From Candidatus Marinacidobacterales bacterium (GTDB lineage: Bacteria > Acidobacteriota > Vicinamibacteria > Marinacidobacterales > SMYC01): a stretch of 64,000 nucleotides of DNA. Within the stretch, counting starts at the first letter, position 1; each line of letters opens with the position of its first letter. The translations under genes were made by a program, and so were the position numbers. This document shows, piece after piece, positions 1 through 10,279 of the stretch. The DNA is taken from the NCBI GenBank assembly GCA_965224085.1, contig CBDCYI010000005.1:192001-256000 (forward strand), written 5' to 3'. A model generated the notes under the pieces. That model was given only the letters and a program-made list of their open reading frames with translations, had not been told where the DNA came from and ran no database searches.

Positions 1-382
1 TGGGAAGGCCGCTCGCTGCAAGATGCTCCCGAGCGAGATCGAACGCTCTTGTCCGAAGTCACCTGGCGCTCACCCAAGGGCACGCTCATGAAAGCGGCGC
101 TGCGGGACGCGGCAAAAGTACATCGCCACCCTAGCTGGGCCTACGGGGGACGATCTCGGTGTCTCCGAGCTACAGGAGGAAGAGCTCTACGATCTGCACT
201 TCGATCCCGAGGAGCACCAAAACCTTCTGGAGCGGGACCCGACACAGGCTGGCCGATTCCTGAGAGAGCTGAAAGCCTTTCTCGAAGCGGCCCGGGCGGC
301 ACGGGCGCACCGGCGTGGCGAAGCCGTCGAGCTCGACGACGCTACGCTTGAAAAGTTGCGAAGCCTCGGCTACACCCCATGA
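1..382 (+). CDS. C-terminal part of a sulfatase-like hydrolase/transferase (runs off window start; apparent frameshift near 110-118)
   Basis: Manual translation gives WEGRSL...LSEVTW, then in another frame KYIATL...EELYDLHFDPEEHQNLL...LEKLRSLGYTP*, a typical sulfatase-family C-terminus (ELYDL..DP.E..NL, LRSLGY). Confidence 0.7.
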
Positions 383-559
383 GCGAGTCTACGGCGCGCA
401 GGCCATGGACGTGAACGACTCTCCTCGTTACCGTCGGCGCGCTCCTCATCGTTGTGGGTGCTCGCGGCCGCTCAGAACGATCGAGCGCCCGGCAATCCGA
501 GCCGTCGTCGAAGTGACGATGTCTCGCTCCCGAATCCTTCGAGCTATTCTCGAGCTTCG

Positions 560-2635
560 ATGAGCGCGCGTGGTCGGTTGGCGTTGGTGCTCGGGCCAGG
601 GATCGTGGCCGCCGCGGGCGTTGTTGTCGTGGAGGCGCCACGGGTAAGGATCGATTCTGGCTCTGCCGGCTGGAGGCGGCTGGTTCTCGGAGCCGAGCCA
701 CGAGGTCACATTCCCGAAAGAGCCGTCGTCACTCTGCCCGGTGTGGATCGCAGCTCGGCGCGCCAGCTCGAAATCCGAGTCGCGCGGGACCCGGACGCCC
801 CCGCAAGGCCCACGCTGGCCGTGTCCATTGACCGCGTCGAAGCGTACCCCATCCGTTTTGGACGTCAACCGACGGCGCTCGTCAATATACCGCCTGCCAC
901 GACGCCGGGACTCCGCGTCGAGCTCGTCTGGAGAAGGGTTGTCGAGCCACCGCCACGGCCACCACGGCCACCACGGATCGAAGCGCTGATCCTCGAGAAA
1001 CGTCCGACGCCGTGGAGGCTGGCACTCTTGGCACTTTTCTCGACGAGCGCGGCCGTTCTCGTGTTTGTAGAGTGGAAGGGCCCGTCGTTTGGCATCGCGG
1101 CGGGTCTCTTTACTGCGGGGCTCGTCACGTTGGCCTGCCAGCCGGTGCTGACGTTGCTTACGTTACCTGCGTGGGTGTCCGTTTTTCACCTTCTGGTCCC
1201 GGTGACCCTCCTGGGCAGCAGCTTCGTGCTGGTCCGCGTTTTTCTGGACGCGGCAAACCGGCGAGGGTTCTATCGGCTCGCGGCCCTGCTCTGTGCCCTT
1301 TTCTTCGGCGTCTGGGTAAGAATCTACTTCTTGCCTTCAGCCGGCTCCTTCGACACCGAGTACTGGAAAGCCTGGACCCGGCAAGCGAGCACCCACGGCC
1401 TCAGTCAGGTTTACGGATCGGCCGAGACCGTTGCTGAGGGTCAGTTCTTCCCCCAGCTTCGCGGCGAGGAAGAAACGTGGAGAGCACCCTACAGAGGGAG
1501 TGAGTACGGCGTGGACTATCCTCCACTGGCGATGGCGCTCTGGCTCGGCACGTGGCATGCCGTTCGTTGGACGATGCCGTTTCTTGAGTACGGCGAAGCC
1601 GAGAACGTCGCCGTCAAGCTCCCGGCTGTCCTCGGGGACCTGGGAGCCGTCGTGCTACTGCTTTGGGCCTTCCGCAACCAGCCCGATCGCGGGCTCATGT
1701 TGGCCGCGCTCTACTGGGCGCTTCCTGTCTCCTGGCTCAGTAGCGCCGTGCTCGGGTTTCAGGATGGAGCCTACGTCCCGCTCGCCGCCGCCGCCTTGGC
1801 CGTTGCGGGACGAGGACGGGCCGCCCTCGCTGGCACGCTTCTGGCGCTCGCGTGCTGGGTGAAGCCACTGGCCGTGGTCGTGATCCCGATCGCGGCAGCC
1901 GCCGTCGTGGTCAACCGCCGGGGAACGACCGTTTTCAAGCAGCTCTTCGGCTTCTCGGTCGGAGGGCTTGCGGTGACCGTCGTCGCCATCGCTCCGTACT
2001 TGATTCACGGGACGATGGCCCCCATGCTGATCCACATCCTGCGAGCTTTCTCTCCGGGCAATCTGTCGAGCGGCTCTGCCAACCCCTGGTGGGTGGTCAC
2101 GCATCTCATCCATGTGGCCGAAAGTGGCGTCGCGCTCACGTCTCGCGTTGCGTTCCTCAAACTTCAGGACGTCACTTTTCCCGCTGGGCCGATTGGAACC
2201 GGCCTGGTTCTCCTGACCGCGGCCGGCTTGGTTTGGCGGCTTCGCGAGTGGAGTGGGCCACCTGCGAGCCTCCTATCCGGGGCGACCGTGGTTTTCGCTT
2301 TTTGCATGATGTCCGTCGGGGTCTACGAAAACCATGCCCATCTGATGTTTCTGCTCCTCTTGTCCACGGGGCTTTTGAGCTCCCGACATCGAATCCTCGC
2401 TGGGGTCACTTCGGCGAGTTACGTTTCAGCGTTGCTCTTGTTCTCCGGTTTGGGTCGCTTCTACGGTCCGAGGCACGCTTTCCTGGAGCCGGCGGGCCGG
2501 TGGATTACGGGCTGGCGCATGGCAGCTGGGTTCGATCTCACGTTGCTACTCGCTTGCGTCAACACCGTAGGTTTCGTCCTGCTGCTCCTTTCGTTCGCAT
2601 CTCGAGCGCCGAATCCATGCGGCACGGCAAAATGA
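560..2635 (+). CDS. Polytopic membrane glycosyltransferase (GT-C/GT87-like)
   Basis: ORF 452..2635, probable start ATG 560; many hydrophobic segments; DYPPL, KLP and VKPLA motifs typical of GT-C mannosyltransferase-like proteins. Confidence 0.55.
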   Translation: MSARGRLALVLGPGIVAAAGVVVVEAPRVRIDSGSAGWRRLVLGAEPRGHIPERAVVTLPGVDRSSARQLEIRVARDPDAPARPTLAVSIDRVEAYPIRFGRQPTALVNIPPATTPGLRVELVWRRVVEPPPRPPRPPRIEALILEKRPTPWRLALLALFSTSAAVLVFVEWKGPSFGIAAGLFTAGLVTLACQPVLTLLTLPAWVSVFHLLVPVTLLGSSFVLVRVFLDAANRRGFYRLAALLCALFFGVWVRIYFLPSAGSFDTEYWKAWTRQASTHGLSQVYGSAETVAEGQFFPQLRGEEETWRAPYRGSEYGVDYPPLAMALWLGTWHAVRWTMPFLEYGEAENVAVKLPAVLGDLGAVVLLLWAFRNQPDRGLMLAALYWALPVSWLSSAVLGFQDGAYVPLAAAALAVAGRGRAALAGTLLALACWVKPLAVVVIPIAAAAVVVNRRGTTVFKQLFGFSVGGLAVTVVAIAPYLIHGTMAPMLIHILRAFSPGNLSSGSANPWWVVTHLIHVAESGVALTSRVAFLKLQDVTFPAGPIGTGLVLLTAAGLVWRLREWSGPPASLLSGATVVFAFCMMSVGVYENHAHLMFLLLLSTGLLSSRHRILAGVTSASYVSALLLFSGLGRFYGPRHAFLEPAGRWITGWRMAAGFDLTLLLACVNTVGFVLLLLSFASRAPNPCGTAK

Positions 2636-2780
2636 GAGCCGAGTCCCTTCTTGGAGCTCCCACGCTCGAGCTGCAGGAATTCCAGCGCGCACCTGCTGCT
2701 CGGCCTACTCGGAGCGAGCCCGGGCCGAATGGGCGGAAACGCCGGGCGAGTGAGCGAGGAGCGAGAGAGCTTTAAGCACT

Positions 2781-3485
2781 CTACGGCTCGATGGCGACGA
2801 CCGTGACTTCGAAGCCCGCCTCGGTGCTGTCTTCCGACACGGTCACGCGCGCCTCCGAGACCCCGCGATCCAGAATCGCCTGCGCTACGGCTTGAGCGCG
2901 GCGCGCAGGAAGCTCCGGATCTTCGAGTGGCCCTCGATGGCCCTGGACGTTCGCCGAATATTCGGGACGTGCGTCGAGCCACTGCGCGATCGCGTCGAGC
3001 ACCCCGCGTGCGCCGCGGTCGAAGGAATCTTCGCCGCGGCTGAAGACGATCGTCGCGCTCGGTGTCCGTGCTTCGTCGAACGACGTGTGATCCGGAGGCG
3101 TGTCTTCGACGATCTCGAGCGTGTACTCGCCATCGGTCGCCCAGACGCGGCACCAGGTATCACCGCCATCTTCCCTCAGAAAGCTGAAGATGAGGCGGTT
3201 GCCGGCATCCTGGCGGATAGTGCCGTAAAGGCGCTCGCTCTCCGCCTTGAAGTGGTCGATGATGGCCGGGCGTTCGACCTCGTAAGGCAAGTTGTATTCG
3301 AGGTACCAGTACGGGCCGCCGACCCGTTTGCGCCGCCTCACTTCGCCCTTGCTATAGGTGACGATCATCTGCTCGTTCGCTTCTTGCTTCTCGACGACGA
3401 GCTTTGCCTGCGAGACAGGCTCGATTTGAGGATGGCCCTCCATCAGTAATGTCATCAGAACCCACGCGATTTGCATGATCTCCAT
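2781..3485 (-). CDS. Exported OmpA-like domain protein
   Basis: C-terminus (LDAIAQWL..RPEY..NVQGH..L.ARRAQAVAQAILDRGV...RV) resembles the OmpA_C peptidoglycan-binding fold. Confidence 0.55.
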   Translation of the reverse strand: MEIMQIAWVLMTLLMEGHPQIEPVSQAKLVVEKQEANEQMIVTYSKGEVRRRKRVGGPYWYLEYNLPYEVERPAIIDHFKAESERLYGTIRQDAGNRLIFSFLREDGGDTWCRVWATDGEYTLEIVEDTPPDHTSFDEARTPSATIVFSRGEDSFDRGARGVLDAIAQWLDARPEYSANVQGHRGPLEDPELPARRAQAVAQAILDRGVSEARVTVSEDSTEAGFEVTVVAIEP

Positions 3486-3678
3486 CCTAGCGCGCTCAAT
3501 GCGCGCTCACTCCTCATTCGCGCGTTTGGCGCCTCGCTGTCCATCCGAAAACTGCCGCCGACGATCTCGTGAAGGTACGTCTTTTTGGCGCCGTGATTGG
3601 CCTTAAGGGTACATGAAGTCCGTTTGAAACACCCCGACGCGTGGCATAACATAAACGGCTCACAAGGTGCCCCCTAAC

Positions 3679-4425
3679 ATGCGCAGGATCATAACGATGC
3701 CCGCCCATAAAGCGGCCAGGACCAACGCGCGGACCTATCGGGACATCCCGAAAGACTGTTACGACGCGGTGCTAGTCGTGGACGACGCGAGCCCCGACAA
3801 CACCGTCGAGGTCGCGCAAGGACTCGGGCTTCCGACCCGCCGGCACCCCGAAAACCGCGGCTATGGCGCCAATCAGAAGACGTGCTACGACTGGGCGCTC
3901 TCGGAAGGCGCCGACATCGTGGTGCTCCTTCACCCCGATTACCAATATTCGCCTGAATGCGTGCCCGCGCTCACTGAGCCCATCGCTTCCGGCCGGGCGG
4001 ATTTCGTCTTCGGGTCGCGGTTCAAGGATGGCGGTCGCCCCTTGGATGGCGGCATGCCGCTCTATCGTTATATCGGCAACCGCCTCACGACCGGCGTCGA
4101 GAACTTCTTCCTGGGAACCAACTTCAGCGAGCTTCACAGCGGCATGAAGGCCTATTCCCGAAGATTCCTCCAGCTGGTCGGATACGAGGATTTCTCCGAC
4201 GCGTTCGTATTCGATTCACAGCTTCTCATCCGCGCCGTGCTCCTGGACTTCCGCATCGAAGAAGTGGCGATTCCGACGCGCTACACGGACGAGTCGTCTT
4301 CGGTGGGCATCCGGAGCTCGATCAAATACATCCTCGAGACCTTCGGCGCGCTCTGGAGCGCCCGTCGAGACCGGAAACGGGTCGAGCGGGAATTCGAGGA
4401 ACGTACGAATGCCCTCAGCTCCTGA
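3679..4425 (+). CDS. Glycosyltransferase family 2 (DPM1-like)
   Basis: VVDDASPD, NRGYG, LHPDYQY, VFGSRF and HSGMKAYSR motifs. Confidence 0.85.
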   Translation: MRRIITMPAHKAARTNARTYRDIPKDCYDAVLVVDDASPDNTVEVAQGLGLPTRRHPENRGYGANQKTCYDWALSEGADIVVLLHPDYQYSPECVPALTEPIASGRADFVFGSRFKDGGRPLDGGMPLYRYIGNRLTTGVENFFLGTNFSELHSGMKAYSRRFLQLVGYEDFSDAFVFDSQLLIRAVLLDFRIEEVAIPTRYTDESSSVGIRSSIKYILETFGALWSARRDRKRVEREFEERTNALSS

Positions 4426-4557
4426 AGCGCCGCCGTGCCTTTTGTGCGGCCGGCGGCTCGTGCTCGTCTCCCTGAGCGTGCCGAACGGTGCGTCCGTCGA
4501 GAGCAGAGAGCTAGCGCGCACGATCGCACACCTCTTTCTCATCGAAGCGCGGGGCGC

Positions 4558-5787
4558 GTGAAACTCTCGGTCTTCACGCCGCTGCCGCCGGCGCCGACTG
4601 GCATCGCGGATTACAGCGAGCTCTTGCTGCGTGAGCTCGCCAAAGCGAGCGATTGGGAAGTCGAAGCTTACTGCGAAGGCGAGACCTGCAAGCAGCCATT
4701 CCCGGTTAGAGACGCCGCGTCTGCGACCGCGGGCGCTCTGGGGCTCGCAATGTACCACGTCGGCAATAGCGCGCATCACGATTTTCTCTACCGCCATATG
4801 CTCGCGCGGCCCGGCGTGCTCGTGCTCCATGACCTCGTGCTCCACCACGCGCGCCTGAACGGCTATCTCCAGAGTCCCGCCATGCGCGCCTACCGCGCGG
4901 ATTTAGGGAATCGCGACAAACGCGACGAAGCGCTCGCCACGCTCGACGCCTATCGTGAGGAAGTCATGGAGGCCTACCCCAACGAAGGCGACACGATCGC
5001 AGAGATCGCGATCCGCATGGGCGGCGGGCGGCTTCTTTACGCTTACCCTCTTTACGAGCACCTCGTTCGCCGGAGCCCGCTGACACTCGTTCACAGCTCG
5101 ACCGCGCGCGACGAAATTCTAGAGCGCTGCCCTGACGTAAATGTCGCAAAGGTCGCGCGCGTGCGGATGGGCATGCCACTACCGGGCCTGATGAGCCGCG
5201 AGAAGGCTCGCAAGAAGCTCGGGCTCGATGACGGGCTGCTCTTGGCGTCCTTCGGATTAGTCACACCCGAAAAGCGCATCGGGATGGCGCTCAAAGCACT
5301 CGCGCGTCTCCGCGCGAGCGGACTCGACGCGCGTTACGTGCTCGTAGGCGGCACCGTGGACCACTACGACGCGGCCGCGGAAGCGGAAGCGCTCGGTGTG
5401 AAGGACGCCGTTCGTTTCGCCGGCCGCGTCTCGGAAGAAGATTTTTGGCCCCATGTCTTCGCCGCCGATATCTGTTTGAACCTCCGCTATCCTTCCGCGG
5501 GCGAAACCTCGGCGACGCTCCTCCGCCTTCTCGCCTGCGGCCGGCCCGTCATGGTGACAGACCAAATCCACGCCGCAGATTTCCCGAGCTCGGTCGTCGC
5601 GCGCTCACACCTCGAAGGCGACGAAGATGGCCTCTATTGCGATTTGATGGATTTGATCCGCGCTAAAAAGCGCCGCCGCGATCTCTCCTTGAAGTCGCGC
5701 ACTTTTGTCGAGCGCGAGCACAGCCCAGAGGCCATGGTGGCCGACTATCTAGAGGCGCTTTCTGATCTCGGTCGCGATTCGACGTGA
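4558..5787 (+). CDS. Glycosyltransferase family 4
   Basis: Probable GTG start 4558; TPLPP..TGIADYS, VLHD, FGLVTPEKR and NLRYPSAGETS motifs. Confidence 0.8.
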   Translation: MKLSVFTPLPPAPTGIADYSELLLRELAKASDWEVEAYCEGETCKQPFPVRDAASATAGALGLAMYHVGNSAHHDFLYRHMLARPGVLVLHDLVLHHARLNGYLQSPAMRAYRADLGNRDKRDEALATLDAYREEVMEAYPNEGDTIAEIAIRMGGGRLLYAYPLYEHLVRRSPLTLVHSSTARDEILERCPDVNVAKVARVRMGMPLPGLMSREKARKKLGLDDGLLLASFGLVTPEKRIGMALKALARLRASGLDARYVLVGGTVDHYDAAAEAEALGVKDAVRFAGRVSEEDFWPHVFAADICLNLRYPSAGETSATLLRLLACGRPVMVTDQIHAADFPSSVVARSHLEGDEDGLYCDLMDLIRAKKRRRDLSLKSRTFVEREHSPEAMVADYLEALSDLGRDST

Positions 5788-6186
5788 GTTGTCAGTTATC
5801 CGTACCTGGATCCGCCCACGGAGTGCGCGGCCACTGTTTGCAGCGCCGCCGCGTCAGGATAAAACAAATCAAGCCATAGCCGCACCCCGTCAGAGCCTCG
5901 TCCGCAAGCTCAGGAACCGTGTCACACGGACGCGGCGGGCGCATCACGTATGACGGTAAAGTGCATTTCTGCCCTTTCATCCGCGTCGAGGTCGAGGGAT
6001 TTGCGGAAGCAAAAGCCTGTCCGCGATCTGGAAGCGTTATGTCGAGCTTCGCAAGAAGCTCCTAGAGCGCGGGATCTTCCCGGTGTGCCAGCGCTGCTGC
6101 TAAAGTGGAGCTCGATTATTCGGATCAAGAAGTCTTTTCGAAAATGGAAATCGCCGAGATCCCAGTCTAGCGTCCCTTAACTTCCA

Positions 6187-6731
6187 GTGAACAACCACCG
6201 CCTAGAAGGCGGTGGCTTCAAGGGCTGTCAATTGGAAATTGACTGTCGTCGTGAAGAGGCTCGCCATCCTGGGAGTCTATGTACTCCTTTACCATCTCGT
6301 CCGTTATGCTTCCTGAACTCACCGCCAGATATCCTCGGGCCCAGAAGTGCCGGCCCCAAAACTTCTTCCTCAGGTGAGCAAACTCCTGAAGGAGTACTCG
6401 GGAGCTTATTCCTTTTAGCCACTGCACGATCGTACTCAGGTCCTGGTGTGGTCGGTAGGATACGAACACGTGGACGTGGTCGCGTGCAACCTTACCCGAG
6501 ATTATGTGCAGCTCATGTTCCATCGCGATCTGACGAATCAGATCGCGCACACGAACCGCTACTGGACCGATCAAAACCTTTTTACGGTATTTCGGTATCC
6601 AAACGATGTGCGCTTTTAGGTCCGTTTTCGTGTGCGCTCCGTGCCTGTAGTGACGCACGCGACCACAATACCACGATCTTCTCTTCGCCTAAAGGCGAGG
6701 GGTTTCGACCATCCCCGGAAGAGACACTAAT
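6187..6731 (-). mobile_element. IS200/IS605-family element (tnpA only)
   Basis: Subterminal hairpins AACCACCGCCTAGAAGGCGGTGG (6193-6216) and TCGCCTAAAGGCGA (6686-6699) flank tnpA; the minus-strand right end reads ...TTCAC. Boundaries approximate. Confidence 0.8.
6218..6658 (-). CDS. tnpA: IS200-type Y1 HUH transposase
   Basis: HIVWIPKYR, DHVH (HUH), LKGISSR, FWARGY and EYI motifs. Confidence 0.93.
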   Translation of the reverse strand: MRHYRHGAHTKTDLKAHIVWIPKYRKKVLIGPVAVRVRDLIRQIAMEHELHIISGKVARDHVHVFVSYRPHQDLSTIVQWLKGISSRVLLQEFAHLRKKFWGRHFWARGYLAVSSGSITDEMVKEYIDSQDGEPLHDDSQFPIDSP

Positions 6732-6758
6732 TCAACAAGATAAGACTCCGACCTTTCC

Positions 6759-6788
6759 TTGCGGTGGCAGAGGGCAGGCCAGTATAAT
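6759..6788 (+). promoter_or_regulatory. Putative sigma70 promoter of the ccm operon
   Basis: TTGCGG-N18-TATAAT ending 19 bp upstream of the ccmE ATG. Confidence 0.4.
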
Positions 6789-6807
6789 GCGAGGGAGAGT
6801 TCAATCC

Positions 6808-7227
6808 ATGATCACGAAGAAACTCAAATTCGTTGTTGGAACCGCTGTCATTCTGTGCGCCGTTCTCGCCCTCGCGATTACGGGTATGGAAGAGAGCAAG
6901 GCTTACTATCAGACCGTCCCGGAACTCAAAGCGATGGGCCAAAGGGTCGAAGGACGCCGGGTACGCGTCGCGGGCAATGTAGTCGTCGGATCGATCGAGC
7001 GCCACGGCGAGGGCGTCGTGACGTTCGTGATCGACTACGAAGGTGACACGCTTCCAGTGAAATATATCGGACGGGGCCCGCTTCCGGACACGCTCGTCGA
7101 TCGCGCGCAAGCGGTCGCCGAAGGCATGCTGACCCCCACGGGAGAGTTCGAGGCAACGCTCGTGCAAGCGAAATGCGCATCGAAATACGAGGCCGCCTAC
7201 GAAGAAGGCTCGACCGTGGCCGAATAA
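6808..7227 (+). CDS. ccmE: Cytochrome c maturation heme chaperone CcmE (CxxxY variant)
   Basis: N-terminal TM, VRVAG.V..GSI, Y.G..PLPD, AKCASKY; directly precedes ccmF. Confidence 0.88.
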   Translation: MITKKLKFVVGTAVILCAVLALAITGMEESKAYYQTVPELKAMGQRVEGRRVRVAGNVVVGSIERHGEGVVTFVIDYEGDTLPVKYIGRGPLPDTLVDRAQAVAEGMLTPTGEFEATLVQAKCASKYEAAYEEGSTVAE

Positions 7228-7291
7228 CCCGGCCTCGGCTGGAACGATTTCATAGCGACTTCCATTCGGCAACAAGAAGGTTTCGAACGCG

Positions 7292-9325
7292 ATGCATCAT
7301 CTCGGCAATTTTTCACTCATGGCGATCGTGGTGCTCGCCACTTACGCGGTGGTCGCCTCCATCCTCGGCAGCCGTCGTGAGAGCGCGCGCCTCGTCAAAA
7401 GCGGAGAGCGCGCCCTTCTGACATGCTCGGCGCTTTCGACCGCGGCGTGCTTCGCGCTCGTAACGCTTCTTCTCAAGAGTGACTTTCGCTTCGAATATGT
7501 TGCGAGCTATTCGAACCGCGACCTTCCCTTCTTCTACAAGATCTCGTCGCTCTGGGCGGGGAATAACGGCTCGCTTTTATTCTGGAGCTGGCTCATCTTC
7601 GTCTTCACGGCCATCACGATCCTGACGAATCAGAAGAAGAACCGCGAGCTCATGCCTTATGTCGTCGCGACGCTCGGGGTGATCACCCTCTTTTTCACCT
7701 ATTTGAACTATTGGGTCTGTAACCCGTTCGTCGAGCTCGGCGTAGTGACAGCCGCCGGCGCGGAATCTTGGGCTCCAGCCGATGGCCGTGGCCTCAACCC
7801 GCTCTTACAGCACCCCATCATGGCGATCCACCCGCCAATTCTCTATATCGGCTATGTCGGCTTCGTCATCCCCTTCGCGTTTTGCGTTGCCGCACTCGCG
7901 TCCGGCCGTCTCGGCGCCGAATGGATCACGTCGACGCGCCGGTGGACGCTCGTCGCTTGGTTCTTCCTCGGCACCGGCATCATCCTCGGCGGGCGCTGGG
8001 CTTATGTCGAGCTCGGCTGGGGCGGCTATTGGGCATGGGACCCGGTCGAGAACGCCGCGCTCTTACCGTGGCTTACAGGCACCGCCTACTTGCACTCCGT
8101 CATCATCCAGGAGCGCAAGGGCATGCTCAAAATTTGGAACGTTGCGCTCGTTGTCATCACCTATCTTCTCTGCGTCTTCGGAACGTTTCTCACGCGCAGC
8201 GGCGTGGTTTCTTCAGTGCATGCTTTTGCCGAATCTGATTTCGCGCAAATCTTTCTCTTCTTTATCATCGTGGCCGCCGCGGTCTGCACCGGCCTCATCC
8301 TTTACCGGCTAAAAGAGCTCAAGTCCGAGAACGAGCTCGACTCCGTCGTCTCCCGGGAATCGAGCTTCTTGTTCAACAACTTACTTTTCCTCATCGCGTG
8401 CTTCGCCGTGCTATGGGGCACGATGTATCCCGTCTTGTCGGAATGGCTTCACGACGAAAAAGCAACGGTGGGCCCGGCCTATTTCAACAAGGTCAACATT
8501 CCCATCGGCCTCGCGCTTCTCGCACTCACGGGCATCGGGCCACTTCTCGCGTGGCGGAAGTCATCCTTCGAGAGCCTCAGAAGAAACTTTACTTGGCCGT
8601 CCGTTGTCGGCGGCGCTACGTTCGTCGGCCTTCTCGCGCTCGGCATGAGACATCCCGCGGCGCTCATGACCTTTTCTCTTTCGACCTTCGTGACCACGAC
8701 GATCTTGCTAGAGTTTCACAAAGGGGCGCGGGCGCGACAGGCCCATCGAGGCGAAGGCTATGCCAGCGCGCTCGTCGACCTCACGCTCGTGAACACGCGT
8801 CGCTATGGCGGCTACATCGTCCATTTCGGGATCGTGCTGATTTTCATCGGCATTGCCGGCATGGCTTTCGACACGGACATGAAGGCCGATCTCGCCACGG
8901 GCGAGTCGATTCAAATCAAAAGCTACGACGTGAAGCTCGCGGGCTTGAAAGACGGCCGCACGCCGAACTATGAGTGGCTCTCGGCAAAGCTCGAGATCCG
9001 CAAGCACGGCAAGCTCGTCGGCACCTACGAGCCGCAAAAGCACTTCTACTTCGCGAGCCAGCAGCCGACTTCCGAAGTACGCCGGCATGCGAGCTTCGTC
9101 GAGGACGTGTATCTCGTTTTCGCGAGCGTCACCGACGACGACAAGGCCACGGTGCAGGTCTTCGTCAAGCCGCTCGTGCGCTGGGTTTGGATAGGCGCCA
9201 TCGTGATGTTTCTGGGAACCGTCGTGACTCTCGTGCCGGACAAACGCGAGCTCAAGCTCGTGCGCAAGACCGAGGCCGAGAAAAAGGCGGCCGCTCAGAG
9301 TAAGAAGAAATATGAAGTCGCTTAG
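7292..9325 (+). CDS. ccmF: Heme lyase CcmF/NrfE
   Basis: GSLLFW, GLNPLLQHP, IHPP, WGGYWAWDPVENA and LTRSG..SVHAF motifs. Confidence 0.96.
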   Translation: MHHLGNFSLMAIVVLATYAVVASILGSRRESARLVKSGERALLTCSALSTAACFALVTLLLKSDFRFEYVASYSNRDLPFFYKISSLWAGNNGSLLFWSWLIFVFTAITILTNQKKNRELMPYVVATLGVITLFFTYLNYWVCNPFVELGVVTAAGAESWAPADGRGLNPLLQHPIMAIHPPILYIGYVGFVIPFAFCVAALASGRLGAEWITSTRRWTLVAWFFLGTGIILGGRWAYVELGWGGYWAWDPVENAALLPWLTGTAYLHSVIIQERKGMLKIWNVALVVITYLLCVFGTFLTRSGVVSSVHAFAESDFAQIFLFFIIVAAAVCTGLILYRLKELKSENELDSVVSRESSFLFNNLLFLIACFAVLWGTMYPVLSEWLHDEKATVGPAYFNKVNIPIGLALLALTGIGPLLAWRKSSFESLRRNFTWPSVVGGATFVGLLALGMRHPAALMTFSLSTFVTTTILLEFHKGARARQAHRGEGYASALVDLTLVNTRRYGGYIVHFGIVLIFIGIAGMAFDTDMKADLATGESIQIKSYDVKLAGLKDGRTPNYEWLSAKLEIRKHGKLVGTYEPQKHFYFASQQPTSEVRRHASFVEDVYLVFASVTDDDKATVQVFVKPLVRWVWIGAIVMFLGTVVTLVPDKRELKLVRKTEAEKKAAAQSKKKYEVA

Positions 9326-9773
9326 CGCCGTCGCCGTCATTTTACTCTTTGCCCGGGGTGGCTCTGCTCAGGTAGAACGTCCGCACGGTCCGGAGTTTCG
9401 CGCCGCTGGCGATGCGCTCATGTGCCAATGCGGCTGCAATCAGACCATATCGTCCTGCTCGATGGAGCACTGTCATTCAGCGGAGCCTATCCGTGAAGAG
9501 ATCTGGGACAGGATCGGCAAAGGCGACGGCATCCAAGCCATCGTCGAGACGTTCAAAGAGCGCTACGGCCTCGTGATTTTGTCGGCGCCGCCTACGGCGG
9601 GCTTTCACCTAACGGCCTGGATCATGCCGATCCTCGCGTTTATCTTCGGCGCCTTCGTCATCACCCGCGTGCTGCACGCGTGGAGACAGCAGACCGTCGC
9701 CGCCGAAGCCGGTGGGCCCATAAGCGACAAAAACCGCGCCCGCATCGAGAAAGAGCTCCAGGACCTGAGTTGA
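9312..9773 (+). CDS. ccmH: CcmH-like cytochrome c biogenesis protein
   Basis: Signal peptide, LMCQCGC, RYG..IL.APP followed by a TM helix. Confidence 0.8.
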   Translation: MKSLSAVAVILLFARGGSAQVERPHGPEFRAAGDALMCQCGCNQTISSCSMEHCHSAEPIREEIWDRIGKGDGIQAIVETFKERYGLVILSAPPTAGFHLTAWIMPILAFIFGAFVITRVLHAWRQQTVAAEAGGPISDKNRARIEKELQDLS

Positions 9774-10279
9774 TTCTCGCCCTTCTCGCTGCGCTCGGCA
9801 CCGTCGTCGTCGCCTTCGTGCTCTATCCCGTCTTCGCGAACGCAGCCGCCGAGTCGATTTGGCTCAACGAGACCCAGAGCGAGCTCCGCGACCTCGACGA
9901 GAAAAAAACTCAGATTTTGACCATCATCAAAGACTTGGACTTCGAGAAAGCTTCCGGCAAGCTGTCCGACGCGGATTACGAATCTTCGCGCAACGACTAC
10001 CTCGCTCAAGTCTCGGCAGTGATGACCCGAATCGACGAGCTCGCGCCACAACAAGAGCAAAAGCCCAAAAAGAAAATTTCGGTGAAGGCTAAAAGGACGC
10101 CGCCGAAGAGAAAAGCGGAGACAATTGCTTGCGCGAGCTGTGGCGAAACCAACCCGAAGAGCTCGAAGTTCTGCCTCGATTGTGGGAGCCCTTTCGAAGC
10201 TCGGTGCGCGGCTTGCAGTGAAACACTGCCCCCTAAGGCCAAGTTCTGTAACGCTTGCGGCGAAAAGGTGAGCGCATGA
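9770..10279 (+). CDS. CcmI-N-like membrane protein with C-terminal double zinc ribbon
   Basis: TTG start overlaps the ccmH stop; IKDLDFE..SGKLS..DY motif; four CxxC pairs. Confidence 0.65.
   Translation: MILALLAALGTVVVAFVLYPVFANAAAESIWLNETQSELRDLDEKKTQILTIIKDLDFEKASGKLSDADYESSRNDYLAQVSAVMTRIDELAPQQEQKPKKKISVKAKRTPPKRKAETIACASCGETNPKSSKFCLDCGSPFEARCAACSETLPPKAKFCNACGEKVSA

Noticed and set aside
6187-6807. N-terminal extension of CcmE (346-aa ORF)
   Set aside because: It is the antisense frame of IS200 tnpA; the real start is ATG 6808 with a promoter-like sequence upstream.
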